32,000 bases of DNA from Cylindrospermopsis raciborskii Cr2010 (lineage in GTDB: Bacteria; Cyanobacteriota; Cyanobacteriia; Cyanobacteriales; Nostocaceae). This document shows positions 1-8,265 of this stretch, in pieces; within the stretch, counting starts at the first letter, position 1; every line of letters begins with the position of its first letter. The notes beneath the pieces are model-generated. The model ran no database searches. It saw only the letters and a list, made by a program, of their open reading frames with translations, and was not told where the DNA came from. The stretch lies in NCBI RefSeq assembly GCF_003367075.2, contig NZ_CP065936.1, positions 2,100,001 through 2,132,000 on the forward strand, in the 5' to 3' direction. The translations under genes were made by a program, and so were the position numbers.

Positions 1-1969
1 CATATTTATTTTTGTGATCAACAGCATCAAATAATTCCGTATCAGGGGATCCGGTTGCCCATCCCCAACCATCATTGTGAATATCCACGGCAAATCCAGA
101 TTGTTTGGCACGGAATTTTCCATCTCGTAAACTACCAATACCTGAAGTTACCAAAGGTCCACGCATAGTTCCAGTTACTTCTGGCATCAAAGCCCAAGCT
201 AAAACGAAGGGGTGATCCATCAAATGGCGCCCAATCATATCACTTGTATTAGGTAAATTACAAGACAGCATGAGCCGGGCATTTTCCACAGCATTTGCTG
301 CTAGCACAAACAATGTCCCCTCAACTTTTAGAGGAGAGTCAATGGAACCGGTTTTTTCATTTCCATAGTACTTGTACTCAATGCTTTCTATACGCCCATT
401 TTCGCGATTGTAGTTGATATGGAAAGCTACTGCTTTTGGTAATATGTGAACCCGACCTGTTTCTAGAGCTCTTGCTAGGGTGCGACGAGCATCATATTTA
501 GCTTGAGCTGGACAAATTGGCACACAATTAGCGTTCCCTTGACAACGTTCTCCATACTGAACAGGAGTAACACTGCTAACCCCTTGAGGCACAAATAAAT
601 TACCATGATCATACTTAGGATTGGGTATGCCATTACGTCCCTGGGGGAAGGTAGAGAATTTTAACTCTACGGTTTCACCACACACCTGAACCTTTGTGCC
701 ATCCACCTTTTCTATAACTTTCTGGTCTAGGAATGATGGTGGCATCTTTTCCATGGGAAAGACGTATCCATCTTCAAATTTGAGACCTAGGCTTTTCTGC
801 TCTTCTACATCTCCAGAAACCCCTATTTCATACTCTGCTTGTTGATAATAAGGCATCAGGTCGTCATAAGAAATCGGCCAATCCAGACCCTGTCCATAGA
901 GGCTTTTGGTCTTGAAATCATTGGGTAACATTCTCGGTGTCTTCGCTTCCCAGTGCATGGTTGTTCCCCCTAGAACCCTAGTGTAAGAACCTCCAAGAGT
1001 CATGGGACCCTTTTCTACAAAATACCCATTATCGTCCATGGGACTTTGGACATAGTGGTTTTCTGGATAGGGAGAGTTGGGATGCTTTTCTGTGGATCCA
1101 TAGAAGGTATCCAAATAATGTTGAAATCCTGAAAGGGTTAAGTCCTTAGCCTCTCCCGCTTCCAGAATTAAGACGGTTTTGCCCTGCTGACTTAATCGTT
1201 TAGCAACAATGGCTCCAGCCACACCAGCTCCAACTATTACCACATCATATTTTGGTAACAATCTATCGGGTGTAATAAATGTTGTTGTAGTTGTTGTTTG
1301 ATTTTGATTCACATTAGGCTCCTGAATAGGGAGTTCTTCCTTTTGCCAAGTAGCGCCAAGAATGGCACCATGCTTAGCATTTTTGGTTTTATCATTGGCA
1401 TCCCCATTTAAAGGGTAATAAGCTACCAATCCCGCTTCACTTCCACTTAGGCGGCGGTTCATGTTTTGTTCAATTTCCTCTGGGGTGCGGGCAATGTTCC
1501 ACAACCTGACCTCAGCCATTTTACCTTCAAAGTAACCATCGTTTGACCAGCTACTCTTTCCTATGTAGTTTAGCTTGCGAACCACATTGTCTGGAAGACG
1601 GAATGGTTTTGTTTGAAGCAATTTACCATTCTTGTAGAGTTTAGCCTCCCCGGATTTATTGATGGTAGCAGCTACGTGTGTCCACTTACCTATCTCTAAG
1701 GAGTTAGGAACTTCAAAAACATATGCCCCCGTACTAGTACCAACAAGATGGAATCCCAGGGAATTAGATTTTCCTGCATGACCTAAGACAATATTTTTCT
1801 GTCCTGGTCCGTTGCCAAACTCAACAATTCTTGACCAATACTGTTCAAAACTACCGTACCAGACCCATGCTTCTACCGTAAATCCCTGGGAGTAATCAGT
1901 ATTGTCTGTTGGTAAAACTACATGATTGTCTTTTCCATCGAAGCAAAGCACATTTGATTTTTGACTCAC
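1..1969 (-). CDS. LamG/concanavalin-A-like lectin domain fused to a GMC-family FAD oxidoreductase (N-terminal ~656 aa; the gene runs off the left edge)
   Basis: Absent from the ORF track because it has no stop in the window. My minus-strand translation starts at GTG 1969-1967, with an in-frame TGA at 1972-1970 and AGGAG at 1980-1976. It gives VSQKSNVLCFDGKDNHVVLP...GKWTHVAATINKSGEAKLYKNGKL...GKMAEVRLWNIARTPEEIEQNM (LamG_3-like), then a QNQTTTTTT linker. This is followed by KYDVVIVGAGVAGAIVAKRL (GxGxxG FAD fold, ~nt 1210-1260), then CQGNANCVPICPAQAKYDA and GRHLMDHP, which are typical of GMC oxidoreductases. The frame is open to position 1. Confidence 0.8.
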   Translation of the reverse strand, partial: MSQKSNVLCFDGKDNHVVLPTDNTDYSQGFTVEAWVWYGSFEQYWSRIVEFGNGPGQKNIVLGHAGKSNSLGFHLVGTSTGAYVFEVPNSLEIGKWTHVAATINKSGEAKLYKNGKLLQTKPFRLPDNVVRKLNYIGKSSWSNDGYFEGKMAEVRLWNIARTPEEIEQNMNRRLSGSEAGLVAYYPLNGDANDKTKNAKHGAILGATWQKEELPIQEPNVNQNQTTTTTTFITPDRLLPKYDVVIVGAGVAGAIVAKRLSQQGKTVLILEAGEAKDLTLSGFQHYLDTFYGSTEKHPNSPYPENHYVQSPMDDNGYFVEKGPMTLGGSYTRVLGGTTMHWEAKTPRMLPNDFKTKSLYGQGLDWPISYDDLMPYYQQAEYEIGVSGDVEEQKSLGLKFEDGYVFPMEKMPPSFLDQKVIEKVDGTKVQVCGETVELKFSTFPQGRNGIPNPKYDHGNLFVPQGVSSVTPVQYGERCQGNANCVPICPAQAKYDARRTLARALETGRVHILPKAVAFHINYNRENGRIESIEYKYYGNEKTGSIDSPLKVEGTLFVLAANAVENARLMLSCNLPNTSDMIGRHLMDHPFVLAWALMPEVTGTMRGPLVTSGIGSLRDGKFRAKQSGFAVDIHNDGWGWATGSPDTELFDAVDHKNKY

Positions 1970-2014
1970 TCAGCACTCCTATTTCAGACTGTTATTTTTA
2001 TTTTTCTTAAAAAG

Positions 2015-2026
2015 CCCCGCGCGGGG
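2015..2026 (-). terminator. GC-only palindrome CCCCGCGCGGGG, followed on the minus strand by CTTTTTAAG; a terminator- or attenuator-like hairpin
   Basis: Read directly. On the minus strand the hairpin is followed by a T-run and ends ~45 nt upstream of the GTG start of the LamG-GMC gene. The effective stem is short (4-5 GC pairs). Confidence 0.3.
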
Positions 2027-2157
2027 AAATTTTGCTCTGAGAAGTTTTCAAAGCTGAAAGTAATCTATCACCTTCAGATAGTAAAGTCTAGATATATAAA
2101 CAAATATTTAACATTTCTTTACTTGTAATTCTACGTCTAAATGTTTTGTCTTTTCCC

Positions 2158-2181
2158 AAGATATAGCTCAAGATATAGCTA
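2158..2181. repeat. Two tandem copies of a 12-nt unit AAGATATAGCT(C/A)
   Basis: aagatatagctc aagatatagcta read directly. It lies in the 564-bp divergent intergenic region between the GMC gene and the rhomboid gene. Confidence 0.6.
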
Positions 2182-2533
2182 GAGTCAATAAATACCACAA
2201 CCACTCTGAAAATTAATTCTCAACTAATTGACGGATTTTCCTTCATTAGTCCCCTTTTATCAACTATTTTTGGCTACCGCTGCAGTTGTATATATGAACA
2301 CCTCACTCAAATTTATCTCCGTGTGGTATATGTATAATCTAGAGAATATCTAACTAAAATTTTATACTACTACCTTGTATTTTTTGCTGTATATGTATAT
2401 TAATATTGGATACAATTAAACTGAGTTTTCGATTAAATTTGCAACTATAATAAAAAGCGAGATAACAGTATCGAAACCAGATCAAAGTGTGTAAAAATGA
2501 TTAAAAATCAGCAGACAGTTTCTAAGCACAATT

Positions 2534-3229
2534 ATGATTCCTATTACTGATAACTTTTATAGCTTAAAAAAGCCGAATATTACTTATGTGATAATTGGTA
2601 TTAGCCTAGTCATATTTTGTGCGCAACTTATGTGGGATGTCAATGGTCAACTAGGTAACTTTATCAATAGTTGGACTACTATTCCTCGAGAATTCTCCCG
2701 AACAATCTCCAGTGCTATTGATGACAGTTTAGCTGCTTGGGTGGTTGTAGGGTGGCAATTATTCACCCTACCCGTTTCCCTATTTATACATGGTAGTTTT
2801 GCCCAGCTGCTGGGTAATATGTTATTTTTGTGGGTATTCGGAAGAACATTAGAAAGAACCATAGGGTCGTATCAATTCTTGCTGTTATATTTAACTGCTG
2901 GCGTGCTGGTAGGAATAATAGAGATTTTTGCCCAACCGCAGTTAACAGCACCAGTTATAGGTAGCACTGGGGCGATCGCCTGTATTGTAGGTGCTTATAT
3001 TATGCAATTTCCCCAAATTAAAATCTATTCTGTTTTACCGTTGGTAATTGTTTTTATTCCCCTGGAAATTCCCGCAATGTTTTATTTATTCTGGTGGTTT
3101 ATCCAACAATTTTTTTATGGAATTGGTGGATTAAATATTCCGGGTGGGTTTAATAATTGCAGCTATGGGAGTCAATTAATAGCCTTACTGATAGGTGTGG
3201 TTTTCATGGGGATTATACGGTTTCGGTAA
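2534..3229 (+). CDS. Rhomboid-family membrane protein with non-canonical residues at the catalytic positions (possible pseudoprotease)
   Basis: The 231-aa ORF aligns by eye to cyanobacterial rhomboids. LFIHGSFAQLLGNMLFLWVFG corresponds to the FLHGGWLHLLGNM motif, GSTGAIACIVGAY to GASGAI..GAY, and there are multiple TM segments. The equivalents of GlpG H150/S201/H254 read Q91/T145/Q214. Confidence 0.8.
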   Translation: MIPITDNFYSLKKPNITYVIIGISLVIFCAQLMWDVNGQLGNFINSWTTIPREFSRTISSAIDDSLAAWVVVGWQLFTLPVSLFIHGSFAQLLGNMLFLWVFGRTLERTIGSYQFLLLYLTAGVLVGIIEIFAQPQLTAPVIGSTGAIACIVGAYIMQFPQIKIYSVLPLVIVFIPLEIPAMFYLFWWFIQQFFYGIGGLNIPGGFNNCSYGSQLIALLIGVVFMGIIRFR

Positions 3230-3259
3230 ATCCAGATTTTCTGCTTTCAACTAATAATT

Positions 3260-5437
3260 TTAATAGGTCTTAGGTTTGGCTAGATTTTTAAATTTTGTAA
3301 ATTGGGGGTCAAATAGAAGTTTAACTGTTCCCGTGGGACCATTGCGATGTTTGGCAATAATAACTTCTGCTATACCGCGATCGGGGGTATCGGGTGCATA
3401 ATATTCTTCACGGTAAAGCATAATAACTAAATCCGCATCTTGTTCAATGGAACCAGATTCTCGCAGGTCTGACAACATAGGACGTTTATTAGTTCTAGCT
3501 TCCACACTTCTGCTCAACTGAGATAGGGCAATTATGGGAACTGATAATTCCCTGGCTAAACCCTTGAGAGAACGGGTAATTTTGGATAATTCCTGTACAC
3601 GATTGTCTCCCGCACCTTCCATTAGTTGCAGGTAGTCTATAACGATTAGACCTAGTTTGGAATTCTGTTGTGCTTGTAGTTTTCTAGCTTGACTCCGCAT
3701 TTGGGTGATGGTAATATTGGGGGTGTCATCAATAAAAACGGGCATTTCTGATAGCAAACTAATAGCGCGACTTAGGGGTTCCCATTGGGTTTGACTGATC
3801 CTCCCGCTTCTTAAATAACCGGTTTCAATTTGGGCCTCACTAGCTAATAATCTTTGTACTAGCTGCTCTTTAGACATTTCTAAACTGAACACTGCTACCG
3901 GTAATTTATAGCCTACGGCAATGTTATGGGCTAGATTTAAACAAAATGCAGTGTTATGCACACAAATGTCATTGGCTATAAAGTTATGAGTATGTGGTAT
4001 GGTTAGGTCATAGACCCGTTTTTCCCCCAAGTTCTCAATGGCTATGATTTCATCCCAGTAGATTTCACAGTCTGTCTGGGTTTCTATTGGTTCTAATGTT
4101 TGCGCTACAACACCAATCTCGAATCTCTCGATGGAAAGGGGTTCTGTAATTTCCACTTGCCAAGTGGTTTGGGTAGTTTGCTCTTTGTTATAGCCTTTTC
4201 CTAATCTGGCAATTATGCCAAATCTTAATAATAAATGTTGAATCTGTCTTGCTAGTTTCTCCTGGTTTGTTCTATAGGTCGTCTGTAATTTTTCTTTGAT
4301 AGCTAAGGTGTGACCTTCATGCTCTATATTACTGATGAATAACTGATTTAAAAACAAAGCTATTTGCGATCGCCCTAATTTAAAAACTATGGGAGGTATG
4401 GTTTTCTCCATATTGCCATTTCCCAAACAATGGGCTATAATTTTGAGCTGACCATCATCAATTTTTTCCTTACCAAAGACATTGATTTGAGCGGGAACTG
4501 CTATTTTAGCACCTGGTTTGAGATCTGCTAACTTTTGCCATCCGGTTGGGGTTAAGTAAGGATGAGTAATGGTGGTATCAATAGAACGACCTAATGCAGT
4601 TGTAACCCGAAAAACTGGTTTTATGCCATCGTTGACAAATCCACAGGGTTGAGTAAAACTAAATTTCCAATTTGGGTTCAGGGTTAATACCATACCCCCC
4701 TTTCGGTTGTATAACTCTTCAATGGTGACAATTTCTCCATCTGCTAAGACTATTTCCGAGTCATAACTTACACACTTCCCCATAGAAGGTCTACCCGCGA
4801 CGATAATTAAATCAGAACGCTGAAAACCGCTGGTCATGGCGTCCAAATCATAAAAACCACTAGGAATACCCGGTAAAGCAACTCCTTCATGACGGGTTTC
4901 AATTTCCTGAAAGGTATGAACTAGGGTATCCGAAATGTGAACTAGTCCCTCCTGGGGTTTTTCTTGGGTAATTCCAAAAACCTTCTGCTCTGCTTGATCT
5001 AAAACTATTGGTAATTCTGTCTGGGTCTCAAATCCTAATTTGACAATTTCATTACCTGCTTTAATTAATTGTCTACGCAGATACTTATCCATGACTAAAT
5101 CCGCTAACATATCAATATTTACTGATGATACGGTGCGGTCTATCAATGTAGCTAGTTTATTTCTACCGCCAATACGATTTAGCTTGTCATTACCAGTTAG
5201 CCACTCTGTTAGGGAAAGTAAGTCGGTTGGTTTATTTTGGTTATTGAGAATTATTGCTGCTTGATAAATTTCTCTATGGGCATTAACATAAAACGCCTGG
5301 GGAAGAAGACGATCCCTGATTCTACCCATAGCTTCTGGATCCAAAAGAATACCCCCCAAAATAGCCTCTTCCGCTTCGATGTTTTGGGGAGGAAGCTGAT
5401 CACTACTATTGCCTTGAAAGTTCAATTCTTTAGCCAT
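3260..5437 (-). CDS. dnaB: Replicative DNA helicase DnaB, interrupted by an in-frame intein (725-aa precursor, ~451 aa after splicing)
   Basis: N-terminal PPQNIEAEEAILGGILLDP. The Walker A motif is split as AGRPSMGK / TAFCLNLAHN. Downstream are SLEMS, IVIDYLQLM, ALSQLSR, ESGSIEQDADLV and AKHRNGPTG. Confidence 0.95.
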   Translation of the reverse strand: MAKELNFQGNSSDQLPPQNIEAEEAILGGILLDPEAMGRIRDRLLPQAFYVNAHREIYQAAIILNNQNKPTDLLSLTEWLTGNDKLNRIGGRNKLATLIDRTVSSVNIDMLADLVMDKYLRRQLIKAGNEIVKLGFETQTELPIVLDQAEQKVFGITQEKPQEGLVHISDTLVHTFQEIETRHEGVALPGIPSGFYDLDAMTSGFQRSDLIIVAGRPSMGKCVSYDSEIVLADGEIVTIEELYNRKGGMVLTLNPNWKFSFTQPCGFVNDGIKPVFRVTTALGRSIDTTITHPYLTPTGWQKLADLKPGAKIAVPAQINVFGKEKIDDGQLKIIAHCLGNGNMEKTIPPIVFKLGRSQIALFLNQLFISNIEHEGHTLAIKEKLQTTYRTNQEKLARQIQHLLLRFGIIARLGKGYNKEQTTQTTWQVEITEPLSIERFEIGVVAQTLEPIETQTDCEIYWDEIIAIENLGEKRVYDLTIPHTHNFIANDICVHNTAFCLNLAHNIAVGYKLPVAVFSLEMSKEQLVQRLLASEAQIETGYLRSGRISQTQWEPLSRAISLLSEMPVFIDDTPNITITQMRSQARKLQAQQNSKLGLIVIDYLQLMEGAGDNRVQELSKITRSLKGLARELSVPIIALSQLSRSVEARTNKRPMLSDLRESGSIEQDADLVIMLYREEYYAPDTPDRGIAEVIIAKHRNGPTGTVKLLFDPQFTKFKNLAKPKTY
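3953..4774 (-). mobile_element. DnaB intein (274 aa, residues 222-495) inserted inside the Walker A P-loop (GK|T)
   Basis: Starts with Cys (TGT 4774-4772; CVSYDSEIVLADGEIVTIEEL, block A). Block B is TxxH in SIDTTITHPYL. Blocks F/G are VYDLTIPHTHNFIANDICVHN, ending at Asn (AAC 3955-3953) with +1 Thr. Removing it restores GRPSMGKT. The central ~135 aa has LAGLIDADG-like remnants (IIAHCLGNGNM, FLNQLFISNIEHEG) without the usual acidic residues. Confidence 0.9.
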
Positions 5438-5495
5438 AAATGATTGTAAACTTAAATTGTTGACATGGTTTCTGAAATGGATAATGTTATTGATT

Positions 5496-5957
5496 ATGAC
5501 GAATGTTCACACCAGTGATTATGAAGGCCACTATGACGCTGATTTTGCTCTCTGGGTTGAAGAAACTGTGGCCAAGTTAAAATCCCAGAATTTCCAACAG
5601 GTAGATTGGAAAAATTTGATCCAGGAGGTGGAATCCTTGGGAAAAAGTCAACGCAGTTCTGTGCGCAGTTATTTAGTGCGTCTGCTAGAACATTTACTGA
5701 AACGTTGCTATGTGCAAATACCCGATTGTAATCGTAGTTGGGAAATTGAAATTCGGAATTTTCGCCAACGTTTAATGTTTGAGTTGGAAGATTCGCCAAG
5801 TTTAAAAAATTTTATTTTAGAAATTTTGCCCAAGTGTTACCGAATTGGGTTGGATAACGTGAAAGATAGTTATCCCAGTGTTATTTTTCCCGAGGATTTC
5901 CCTTTTTCTCCTGAGCTAGAAAGATTATTAAATGAGAAATTCTGGGAAAAAGGTTAA
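5496..5957 (+). CDS. DUF29-family protein
   Basis: DYEGHYDADFALWVEETVAKLKSQNFQQVDWKNLIQEVESLGKSQRSSVRSYLVRLLEHLLK matches the DUF29 pattern as I remember it. The track ORF begins at a TTG (5457); ATG 5496 is the more plausible start. Confidence 0.7.
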   Translation: MTNVHTSDYEGHYDADFALWVEETVAKLKSQNFQQVDWKNLIQEVESLGKSQRSSVRSYLVRLLEHLLKRCYVQIPDCNRSWEIEIRNFRQRLMFELEDSPSLKNFILEILPKCYRIGLDNVKDSYPSVIFPEDFPFSPELERLLNEKFWEKG

Positions 5958-5978
5958 ATGCCTGTTTGGGCAATTTGT

Positions 5979-6004
5979 GATGCGTTAACCTGGCGTAACG
6001 CATC
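5979..6004. terminator. Perfect 9-bp stem / 8-nt loop hairpin (GATGCGTTA-ACCTGGCG-TAACGCATC) between the convergent DUF29 and rplI genes
   Basis: Arms at 5979-5987 and 5996-6004 are exact reverse complements. There is no clear U-tract. It resembles the short GC-rich hairpin repeats dispersed in Nostocales genomes. Confidence 0.35.
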
Positions 6005-6055
6005 CCACTGAACGGTGCAATCATTAATCAATGGTTAATGTGACCTATAACCAAT

Positions 6056-6514
6056 TTAGCTGGCTACAACCTCAATATCAATTTTAGCAGTCACTTCTGA
6101 GTGAAGTTTAATATCCGCTTTGTAAGTACCCAAATGGTTAATATCTGGAATAGTTATGCCACGTCTATCAATTGTTTGCCCTGTAGCTGCTTGAATAGCA
6201 TCTACTACATCCTGGGTGGTGACAGTACCAAAAATAGCTTCGTTCTCACCTACCTGTTTGGCGATCGCTACTTTAACCAGTTTCTCTAAAGCAGATTTTT
6301 GCTCTTCCGCTTGTTGCTTGAGTTCTAGTTGACGTTGGCGTTCTATTTCCCGACGACGCTCTACTTGCTTTAAAATGCCAGGAGTTACCTGGGTGGCTAA
6401 ACTCTGGGGAATTAGATAATTCCGCGCATAACCAGGAGCTACTTCCACTAGATCGCCGGATTTTCCTAGTTTGCTTACATCTTTTGTTAATACTAACTGC
6501 ACTCGTTTGACCAT
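6056..6514 (-). CDS. rplI: 50S ribosomal protein L9
   Basis: [40 protein letters not shown] is the canonical L9 N-terminus. It is 152 aa and close to dnaB, a common linkage. Confidence 0.95.
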   Translation of the reverse strand: MVKRVQLVLTKDVSKLGKSGDLVEVAPGYARNYLIPQSLATQVTPGILKQVERRREIERQRQLELKQQAEEQKSALEKLVKVAIAKQVGENEAIFGTVTTQDVVDAIQAATGQTIDRRGITIPDINHLGTYKADIKLHSEVTAKIDIEVVAS

Positions 6515-6641
6515 TGTCTTTGTTGTTTCCTATCAAATCTCATTTAATTGGGTGTCAGCAGGATGGCTCACCAAAGTTTAGCTTCACCTGGAACGACTTG
6601 TTTGATATCCCAAAGTTATGAATTATAACCTATTATTCCAG

Positions 6642-6675
6642 GCGATCGCAATAGGTGGAATTAACTGGCGATCGC
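6642..6675. repeat. Pair of HIP1 octamers (GCGATCGC) 18 bp apart; 14 HIP1 copies occur in the window
   Basis: HIP1 start positions found by eye: 2972, 4366, 6261, 6642, 6668, 6809, 9107, 9947, 11549, 12631, 17151, 19961, 26433, 29457. This is far more than a GC-rich 8-mer should occur by chance in 32 kb of AT-rich DNA, and it is a cyanobacterial signature. Confidence 0.9.
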
Positions 6676-7269
6676 TCGCAAATTTTGACAACGAATTAAT
6701 TCATTAAAATTGAGACCTAATCTTCCCTCAAGTTTAGCAACTGTCTCAATAGCAGTTAACAAATGTCCAGCTGCTTCTGATTCGGAGTATCCTCGTTTTT
6801 GAGCAATAGCGATCGCTGTTTTATCAGCTTTCAGTTGTAGTTCTTGAGACTTATTGTTTTGCCACAGTTTTACGCCACTTGTGACGGTTAAGCCACCGGC
6901 TATGACTAAACCAACTATATCACCCTGAAGAGTTTCTATTACCCCTCCTAATAGTCCTACGAGGACTGCTCCCTGATAAATATCCGGTTGTATCCATTTG
7001 ATTCCTATTAACCAACTCGTGTGATACAATATTAAGAGGTCTCTTTGTGGCTTTTTTAACTGTCTCCATAATTCAAAATTGATATATACCGGTTTACTCT
7101 GAATCCAAGGTAGGGGAAACTCTGCACTAATCACTTGATTCTGTTCCGGTTTGCTGATAATTTTAATTGTCATGCGTCCGGAAGCTGGTACTATATCCAA
7201 CAGACGACGAATTTCAGTATTTGGATCCATCATAAAGACTTTCAGGTCTTCCTTGAGAACTAATCCCAT
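6661..7269 (-). CDS. Conserved cyanobacterial membrane protein (DUF3318-like, from memory)
   Basis: MMDPNTEIRRLLDIVPASGRMTIKIISKPEQ..., QRDLLILYHTSWL, and a hydrophobic GAVLVGLLGG...GLVIAGGLTV segment. The true start may be Met13 (7233). Confidence 0.55.
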   Translation of the reverse strand: MGLVLKEDLKVFMMDPNTEIRRLLDIVPASGRMTIKIISKPEQNQVISAEFPLPWIQSKPVYINFELWRQLKKPQRDLLILYHTSWLIGIKWIQPDIYQGAVLVGLLGGVIETLQGDIVGLVIAGGLTVTSGVKLWQNNKSQELQLKADKTAIAIAQKRGYSESEAAGHLLTAIETVAKLEGRLGLNFNELIRCQNLRAIAS

Positions 7270-7303
7270 ATTTTACCGGATCTAGGTCGGAGAATTTGAA
7301 CTC

Positions 7304-7543
7304 ATGGATGCTTTTGCAGCTAACCCACCAGAATGGACGGATCGGTCAGTCCACTCTTATAACTTTTTTTGCCCTAAATGTGGCTCTGGTAGCAGGGAAG
7401 CAGTGGGAGTCTGGTTAAATCGAAGATCCCCTGTGACAACCCCAGAGCAACGTCGTAAGTGGCAAGAGTTTTATCTTTGTCACTGTGGTTGTGCTTGGTG
7501 GGCCTGGAGTACGGATCGTCCGTCTCCTAAAAGGTCTGATTAA
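7304..7543 (+). CDS. Small Cys/Trp-rich hypothetical protein (CPKC...CHCGC, zinc-ribbon-like)
   Basis: The 79-aa ORF has CxxC and CxCxC spacing. I recognise no family. The coding call rests on ORF length and its intergenic placement only. Confidence 0.45.
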   Translation: MDAFAANPPEWTDRSVHSYNFFCPKCGSGSREAVGVWLNRRSPVTTPEQRRKWQEFYLCHCGCAWWAWSTDRPSPKRSD

Positions 7544-7546
7544 GGT

Positions 7547-8242
7547 TTAAATCCTTTTTATGTAGGCTTTAACTAACAGATCAATTCCAGTAATTGCTGT
7601 GCCTACTACAACCGCATCCGCACCCAGCTCTAATGCTTTTTTTGCTTCCTCCGGGGAGGAAATCCCCCCTTCACAAATCACAAGAATGTCTGGGTGTTCC
7701 ACTTTCAGGTTTTCTACTATGTGTTTGAGAAGTTCCCACCCAGGAGGAATGAGGTTTTTGGTTTCTTCTGTGTAACCAAAAAGGGTTGTACCCACTATGT
7801 CCGCACCGCTATCTATAGCTAATTTAGCAGATGTAAAGGTGTCTACATCAGCCATCACTGGTTTACCTATTTGTTGATGAATTCCCCTAATCATATCAAC
7901 TAGTTTTTCTCCTCCTGGACGTTTTCTTTGAGTTGCGTCTATGGCAATTATGTCTGCTCCTGCTTCTGCAACAGCTAAAGCATGGTGAAATTGAGGGGTA
8001 ATGTACACATCTGACTCTGCTACAATTTGCTTCCATAAACCTATAATTGGCACTGGAACTTTTTCTTTCACAGCTTTGATGTGATTGGGAGTATCAATTC
8101 TCACGGCTTTAGCACCATTATTTGCGGAGGCTTGTGCCATAGCTGCTATGATGGTGGGATTATGGAGTGGTGAGGTAATAGGAGCTTGACAAGACACAAT
8201 AAGTCCTGATAGTTCCGGTAGTTTTGATAGTAAATTGTTCAT
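7547..8242 (-). CDS. nanE: Putative N-acetylmannosamine-6-phosphate 2-epimerase (NanE family, TIM barrel)
   Basis: LIVSCQAP...SPLHNP..IIAAMAQASANNGAKAVRIDTP...PIIGLWK...DIIAIDAT...VMADV...GADIVGTTL.GYT...ICEGGI match NanE-family patterns. Confidence 0.75.
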   Translation of the reverse strand: MNNLLSKLPELSGLIVSCQAPITSPLHNPTIIAAMAQASANNGAKAVRIDTPNHIKAVKEKVPVPIIGLWKQIVAESDVYITPQFHHALAVAEAGADIIAIDATQRKRPGGEKLVDMIRGIHQQIGKPVMADVDTFTSAKLAIDSGADIVGTTLFGYTEETKNLIPPGWELLKHIVENLKVEHPDILVICEGGISSPEEAKKALELGADAVVVGTAITGIDLLVKAYIKRI

Positions 8243-8265
8243 ATTGTTAATACTGTTAATATTGT

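Noticed and set aside
5457-5495. N-terminal extensions created by TTG or upstream starts in the ORF track: DUF29 at 5457, furA at 14359, the ChlH-like gene at 26312 and ilvD at 20424.
   Set aside because: Homologue-like N-termini begin at internal ATGs (5496, 14377, 26321, 20364). The extensions have no family resemblance, and the furA numbering only matches published cysteine positions from 14377.
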